From NCBI GenBank assembly GCA_030704615.1, contig CM060731.1, forward strand, positions 82,522,001 to 82,586,000: a DNA stretch of 64,000 bases, read 5' to 3'. Below the pieces are notes generated by a model. It did no database searches. It was not told the origin of the DNA and saw only the letters and a program-made list of their open reading frames with translations. Shown in pieces: positions 57,587 to 64,000 of this stretch; the stretch's first letter is position 1; each line of letters begins with the position of its first letter. Position numbers and translations under genes: made by a program. The DNA comes from Takakia lepidozioides (Eukaryota; Plantae; Bryophyta).

Positions 57587-58046
57587 TAAAACAAGCCTGA
57601 AGCATATACTCCTTTCCTCTCAAGAAGCGAACTTGCACAACAAAGGGGCGAGCGGAAAGAGCAAGCAGTGCACAAGAGGAGGATCAAACACACGGATTAG
57701 ACACTAAGCAGCGCTCATCCAAAAACTTGTACACCCAAATCACATATACAGCAACACCCGAGTACACCGCCCTGACCTTGTGTCAGGGCGCCGTCTTTAT
57801 ACAAAAGCCCTAACCTTAGTGGCCCGCCGCGTGGCGAGGCATTATAGGCCCAAGCCCATGGTGCTGCCTTGCAGCCCTGGATCTAACGAAGGGCCAGGAT
57901 CAAGCCACCAGCCTAAACTAACCCTAACCTAAACATCATTGTAACGGATTAACGGCTTTATACGCCAAAAAAATATACGATGAATGTGTATCGCCGTTTT
58001 GGATGAAACGGGTAAATCTGTGATGAGGAAAGTTTGGGGCATCACA
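57587..58046 (-). repeat. 5' terminal repeat (b only) of element C
   Basis: 460 bp; starts TGTGATG but ends TTTTA, not CA. Confidence 0.93.
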
Positions 58047-58290
58047 GGGACACCGGCGTGCCGCGCGCCTTTAGAAAGGTTCAAGTCCTAGGAAGCGACC
58101 CCTGGGGGTCGCAGATACAGTGTGACAGGAAATGGGTGCCGACAGTTAATTCCACTAAAAAGTTTTAAGTCCCTGGAAGCGACCTCCAGGGGGTTGCAGC
58201 TAAACAACGACGGGAAATGGTTGGCAGGGGCCTAATGAAGAGTTCTAGTCCCTGGCAGCGCCGGAGGGGTCGCTGCAAGCAAGCGTTTGG
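58047..58290. repeat. Degenerate ~80-bp tandem array that continues at 38650-38755 (pre-insertion site of C)
   Basis: CC(A/T)GG.AGCGACC...GGG..(T)CGCAG units occur on both flanks of element C. Confidence 0.7.
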
Positions 58291-61200
58291 TTTTGGGGCC
58301 CTAAATGTTGATCTACTTCCTTGAAACATGATTAAACGACGGATTATCGTCGATAATTAAAAAAATTCAAAATTGTGAAGTGACTTCCTTCTCTTTCTTA
58401 CCTTCCCTCTCCGTCTCCTCTTCACTCTTGCAAGGTAGAGCGCGGCGAGTTCAACAAGAGGGTGAGAGGTCACCTCTCGTGGGGGAGCTCGGAGGAAGGT
58501 GCGCTTGGCGCACTTGCTTTTCGCCGCGCCTGTGCAGTCTCCCAAGCTCCGATGTTGAGCTATTCGCCCTCGGTCGTGCGTCTTCCGTGAGGGCTCCCTT
58601 CTCCCTCGTTTACCTTTCTTTCCTTGCACCTTCAAACCCTCCCCTCTGTCTTCCTTTTCAGGGCGAGCTCGCCGATTGCAGCTCCCCCACCTCTGTCGGT
58701 CTGTTAACTCGCAAGGGGCCGCTGCCCCTGTGTGTGTATGTGCTGCAGGGTAGGTCGCGGGAGCTCGGCTCACTCACCCCCGGCTGTCCTTCCCGGGTAA
58801 GCACCCTACAGCTACCCCGCCCGAGCTGGATTATTTTTGTTTTCGATTTTGGGTGATGGCACCCTCTCTCGCTCTCTCACACTACCTCTCTGTCAAGTAA
58901 TTCGCAGCAACGGGGCGTTAAGTTGAAAGCTCAGCTCAGATTTTTGTGGTGATTAGTGCTAGCAGCCTCACAATGCCTTCACTAATTCCAATCTACTTTC
59001 TGTAATCAGTTTAGCTTGTCTTGCATCCCGGCTGTTCTATCTCACGCTGCTTTGAATCTGTCCTCCGGACTCCTTGTGCAGTCTTGCTTGCTTGTTTTAG
59101 AACGATGTTAGCGCTTTGTCTCTTAGTAATCCTTGACTCTTGGTTAGGGGGGATCTCCCTCTATAAGCCTTCACGGCCTCCATGGTGGCTATTTTTTCCA
59201 CCTTTCAACTTTCTTTGGGCACTGTCCCCTTAAAAAAAAAACAAAAAACAAAGGCCAGTAAAGTTCATCCATTGGCCACTTGAAAAGGTGTGCTGAGAAT
59301 ATACACGCCAAGATATAAACACTGCAGTTTGGTGGCAAAGTTTCAGTTGGCAAGCACACATGCAAATCTAATCCTTCGGGTCTGTCAAATATCCCGCATA
59401 TCTTTCTTTCCTTTGAAAACTTTAAAGGACCCAAATAGAACCCTGCACAGCTTTATAAAAAGACCCAAATGGGGCGAATGTACAAATGGGCAAAACCGTC
59501 CCCAAGAGGAAAAAACAAAAGCTCGTAGAGCCAGATATATTGACACAAAGAAAGAAATCAAACTATTTTAGTATCACCTACTGCTTGAAGAAGGTCAAAC
59601 AACAGGAAAGAGGATGGATCAGAGAGTGGGGGAGGCGAGATGAAGCCGCCCGGGCAACCTCTGCCCAACGTAAAATTAATAGAGCTTGAGCCTTTGCAGA
59701 GCAACATAAACTCGTTGTCTAAAGAAAGCTACAAGAACAGAGGCGTTTGGGCTTCCAAGGCTTCTGTTTTCCGCTGCACGATGGGCACATGTGCAAAAGA
59801 AGTCGTTTCTTTCCTTTCCCCTCACCACATAAGGATAAGTCAAGATGTGAAGACATTCATTGAGATACGATTTATACTTTTTGCAACATAAGTTTAACTT
59901 TGTTGCATAGTGCTTGCTGAAATGCACACACAAAACAAGATTACAAAGAAAGTTTCCTTACCCATTCCCACTCCCTTTCCCAATACTTTGATGTTTTCTT
60001 CCAAGTGACTAATCTTTCACTCAGGCACAAAGGTTCTTCACAAATGTTAATATTCAGGGAGGAGCTTCAGTATATATAATAAAACAGGCTGACAATTGAC
60101 TAGCTCAAACCACTACGGTTGTTCCTACATTTCTGCTCGGCTAGGATCAGTCTTCTCCGACTTGGATTGGATAACCATGTTATCCTTTCCGACATGTGCT
60201 GTGTTCATCTCAACCGCCAAAGTTTCCTTTGGAATTACAGAGACTTCAACATCTTCATTTACATTTACAGATGTATGATCTTCCATTGATGGAGGGTGGA
60301 ACACCTTCTCAACCTCCAACTCGGAGTACACAGGAAGTGATCCCTCAATCCTCCAACTCATCTCTCTAAATGGTCCATTCTCTGCTTCACTTCCTGGTAC
60401 CTCACCAAAGACTGCTGCTTCCCTAGCTTTCTTCCATGGAAACCGAAGGCTTCTTCTCAAATTGTCTTCAGAAACCATCGGCATAGAGTGCTTTGGGATC
60501 AAATTCAATGTTGTGTGCAACAACTCTGGTACCAATGGCAACATGGTGCTCAGTTCAGGAATGTCCAAATTGCTGCCTTTGGCCTGAAGTTCAGGGAAGA
60601 ACTTTTGAAGGAACTCTGTCCCAGATCCAAACATGGGGTGTCTCATGAACTCAACCACGATGACTGGACCAAGGTCCGCATGTCTGCTCAAGCTCTCACT
60701 AGCTTTCATCAACTCTGCTGGCAAAAATCTTAGCCTGTTTCCACGCAGCATCAGTGCTTGCTTGAAGGCCTGACCCCTGCAATTTCTCACTGGCATCCCC
60801 CTGTGCCACACCTTCCACATTCCATTCAAAAGCAAAGAAGAGAGTACAGTAGAGGGAGGGACACCTAACCATAGGGGAAGAAGAAACAAAGAAACTTCAT
60901 TATGTCCTTGAAAAGGGTGTCACAAATGTCTTCCCCTCCTTTCAAATTAAGTTCTCCCTTAAGCATTTGAGTGCTTATACCCAATGCTATTTCAACAATC
61001 CAGTAATCCCTGCACCCTGCTTTACTATATCGTTCTGAGCACATATCCATAGAATCACGCGCTCCATATGCTACCTGCTTTTGAGACTAGAGATTTGCAA
61101 ATTGACAAACTTCAACAGGGTTTTAACCAAATATTTCTGAGAGAACCAGGGACAAGGGATTGTTCTCACTGACCGGAAGTGTTCAATCTGATCCTCGTGT

Positions 61201-61639
61201 TTGAACCCCATAAACTGAGGCCGGTGGATACTGTTTGAATTCAAATGGGCAAAAGATTTTGATGCAACTTGCAATATGGGTGCCACAACATCTTGGTTTG
61301 TTTTCATCCCTTGGACAAAGTTGTCCTTCCTCAAGTTAGTGTAGTGACATGACTTCCGAGCCTCACACAAGTGTGCTGCCATCTCCCACAACTTGAACTT
61401 GAAGGCAAAAAATGTCTTTGCCAAAAACTTGTGATCTATCACAAAGTTGCACTGTCAACACAAGCCAGTATCTTGTTACTTTTGTCATAGTTCATTTCAT
61501 AAATCAATGTGAGTAAGCTACATGAAGTGCCAAACATAGGAGAGAACAATAACTGCGTGTGTTTGTGATTGTGTGAGAGACAGAAGAAGAAAGGTTATTA
61601 CATCCGGAGAGAGAACATACTCTTAAGATCTCGTTTGCT

Positions 61640-62182
61640 GTAGGCTTGTGGCCATAGACCCCGTGCCCAGTTTGGATGGAAACATAGGGAATAGACACTA
61701 AATTTGTGAGGGGCTGACTCCAGTAGTGTGACTTACATTATTAGTTCGGGCTTTCCTGATGTCCTCTAGAAAGCCCTTCACATAAGTATACTCTGCTGTG
61801 TGTGAGCAGCCCAAAAGTTCCCCAACAGGGCCAGGGCTTTAGGCTCAGCCTCGAGATTTTGAAAGTTGGTGAACAGAGATGCAGGAACCTTGTTCTTGAC
61901 CCAGCAGAGGGTTCCAGAGAATGTACCCATAAGACGTTTGCCATAGCCTTGTGACCATACACCTGCCCAGTTTGGGCGGAACAAAAGGGAGCAGAAACTA
62001 TCTTTGTGAGGGGCTCACTCCCGTAGTGTGATTACCTTGATAAAGCCAATAGTTCAGGTTTTCCAGATATCCTCTAGAAAGCCAACAAGCATCGACTTGC
62101 TGTGTGCGAGCTGCCCAGTAATTTCGACCCCAAGAGGGCCAGGACTTTAGGTTCAGCCTCAAGATTTTGAAAGTTGGTGAAC
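61640..62182. repeat. ~300-bp tandem duplication
   Basis: TTTGTGAGGGGCT.ACTCC.GTAGTGTGA...TCCTCTAGAAAGCC...GATTTTGAAAGTTGGTGAAC occurs twice. Confidence 0.75.
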
Positions 62183-62509
62183 CCCGCGGACAGCTACAAA
62201 AGTATATATAGGGAGTAGTAACCCCGAGAACGGTGCAAGCCCGTTGGTGACCAAAAACTAGTGAGTAAGCGAGCGAGCCGGAAAGCGACCAAAGAGTGGG
62301 GAGCTGTTCCGGACTGCCATCTACCAAAGGGAATTCTCCTAGTCCCAATTAGGTGGAGGGTTTAGAGGGAGGCGAAGGGGGGACCGTTATGTCCCGGTGA
62401 GCAGCCGAAGCTCCAAGTTGGTCGGGCGGCCAGGTTGGGAGTCAGGCGCGCGCATCAAAGCGAGTAACTATGACTTGAAGGGGAGCTTACCGAAGTGAGG
62501 TGCGCGACA
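62178..62509 (-). repeat. Inverted copy of the 35089-35415 repeat
   Basis: Reverse complement shares the blocks listed for 35089-35415. Confidence 0.85.
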
Positions 62510-62566
62510 CGTCTACTGTGCTAATTGTGCAAACAAATCTTTAGCCCTGTGCCTTCTGAATACAAG

Positions 62567-63640
62567 TCACGTTGTCAATGGGACTTCGACTGCTCTGAAA
62601 ACTAGCTCATGAGTCATCGGGCTCCTCCAGGTAAACTGGATTGCAGCCGTTGTACCGCCCCTATTGATTCGCTGCCCAAGTGCAAACTTGAAAGTAAACC
62701 AGTCCTTCGTGAAAGGTGTTCCTCTCTCTGGCTTTGCAGTCTTGGAGACATTTGCTCTGACTTTTACCCACTCATAAAACACTTGAATGAATGACATGAC
62801 GTAAAAGCCACACTCCCAGCCAAATGATTGCTGGGGCACATCAGGCACGTGGAACTGAAATGCTTGGACAATCTCATGCCACTCTGGTGAGTCCATCGAG
62901 TACCCTAAGCACTCAGCATGAAGCTTCCGAATCCACCCTAGAACAAAGGGACATTTATGCGAGTCCTTGATAGAGTTCAGGTGAGTGTAACAGCCCTTGC
63001 GGAGGTCGATGATACAAACACTCCAGTGCCCCCTGCAATGGTATCAAACAACATGGCGTCATTGCACAATCATGATGGGCAGACTCAGCAGACCGACCAC
63101 TCAGCAGACTCAATCTTCAAACCCAGTCCACTACATAAATACAGAGGTCAACTTAATCGCTCAGAGTCAAGACGACACTGCGAAACCAGACTATGACTCA
63201 GGAGACAGTTTCAACAGACTCGGAAGAGTTCTTACTCGTCCCCAATTGGCACCAAAATGAAATCACACTCTTTCAAGTCATTGCCCAGTCGTTCAGTACT
63301 GAGGCAACCTTTCAAGACCTCCAGAAGGCTTTTACGTTGCCCCACCCCCAATGACTTCAACACCGTCCACATCGACGTTGGAAGAACAACAATAGTGTTG
63401 GTGAACGCAGCCTCAACCGACTTCTCATAGAATCGACACCACAGCTCCAGGAGTCTATCTGTGCACTCCGACTCCTTCTGGAGCGCCTTTATGTCATCCG
63501 GCGACAGTCCGCATTCAAACCGTGGGTCCCCTTCAAAAAACATCAGCATGGAATTACCCGCCTTCACGTGCAGAGCATGTGCTTTGCCAAACCGAGCACC
63601 CATCCTGCACAAAGCAGACCATCCTTCGGGAAGCCTCATG
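62567..63640 (-). pseudogene. Ulp1/C48-like cysteine protease domain, spliced and decayed, probably transposon-borne
   Basis: DFILVPI and VPQQSFGWECGFYVMSF (PQQ...CG catalytic-Cys motif), then DWF. The catalytic His was not located. Confidence 0.65.
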
Positions 63641-64000
63641 TATTGAACAGACTGACGTCAACATGGTACCAAACACTCTACAGGCTGAACAATTCATCAG
63701 ACTGACAAGACTAACCACAACAGACAATGATGAAACCAGCAGCAGATTGACCAGCGTACAGACTGACCACAACAGAGTGCAAAGCACTTAACGACAAAGA
63801 CAGACGAGGAGACTGAGCACAGTACTCACCTGTGCTGCTCCAGGAAACAACCCATATCTTTGTCCATGTCCAAGGCCAGCTTGCGGTTCTTGTTCATAAA
63901 GACGCCAGACTTTTTCTTCGCCGGTCTCTTGGTACTCGGACCCTCCTGGACCTCATCAGCATGGTCCACGACAGTCCGCTTCTTGGCTTTGCCTCTCCCC

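Larger units (their letters stand above)
38756..58046 (-). mobile_element. Ty3/gypsy element C (decayed, tRNA-primed) with permuted ends and 4-bp TSD; hosts element A in its 3' repeat
   Basis: TSD GGGA (38752-38755 and 58047-58050). A 460-bp repeat b lies at 57587-58046 and at 38766-38828 + 50315-50711. A 10-bp segment a (TGTGAAGCCT) lies at 38756-38765 and 50714-50723. PBS TGGTGGAGG from 57586; PPT at 50724-50733. Confidence 0.92.

Noticed and set aside
60125-61442. Host gene from ORFs 60125..60889 and 61071..61442
   Set aside because: Probably decayed coding sequence, but no recognisable domain; not called.

Overview
Transposon-dense eukaryotic DNA, probably from a non-seed plant or charophyte alga (inferred from a plant ABCG24/28-like gene relic, GT-AG introns and telo-box motifs), with a 500-N scaffold gap at 34175-34674. 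Most of the window is nested Ty3/gypsy LTR retrotransposons plus DNA-transposon relics (Sola2-like, SWIM/Ulp1-associated). The main result is a near-intact 11.5-kb Ty3/gypsy element (A, 38829-50310, minus strand). It encodes Gag-protease-DNMT3-like cytosine methyltransferase, then a conserved UAG-CAA-CCA stop that looks like a readthrough signal, then RT-RNase H-integrase-PHD finger. It has a Tf1-like self-priming site instead of a tRNA PBS. It lacks ordinary LTRs: its ends are split, permuted direct repeats (B...internal...A-B-A) with a palindromic CA-NN-TG junction and a 4-bp TSD. The same end architecture occurs in a diverged relative (2127-2647) and in a separate tRNA-primed gypsy (element C, 38756-58046, A segment only 10 bp). 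A third gypsy family (D) in the window has canonical LTRs and a 5-bp TSD. The pattern is what integration of a 2-LTR circle, cut at an internal att palindrome by a DDE integrase, would produce. All calls are by eye; no database searches were run.
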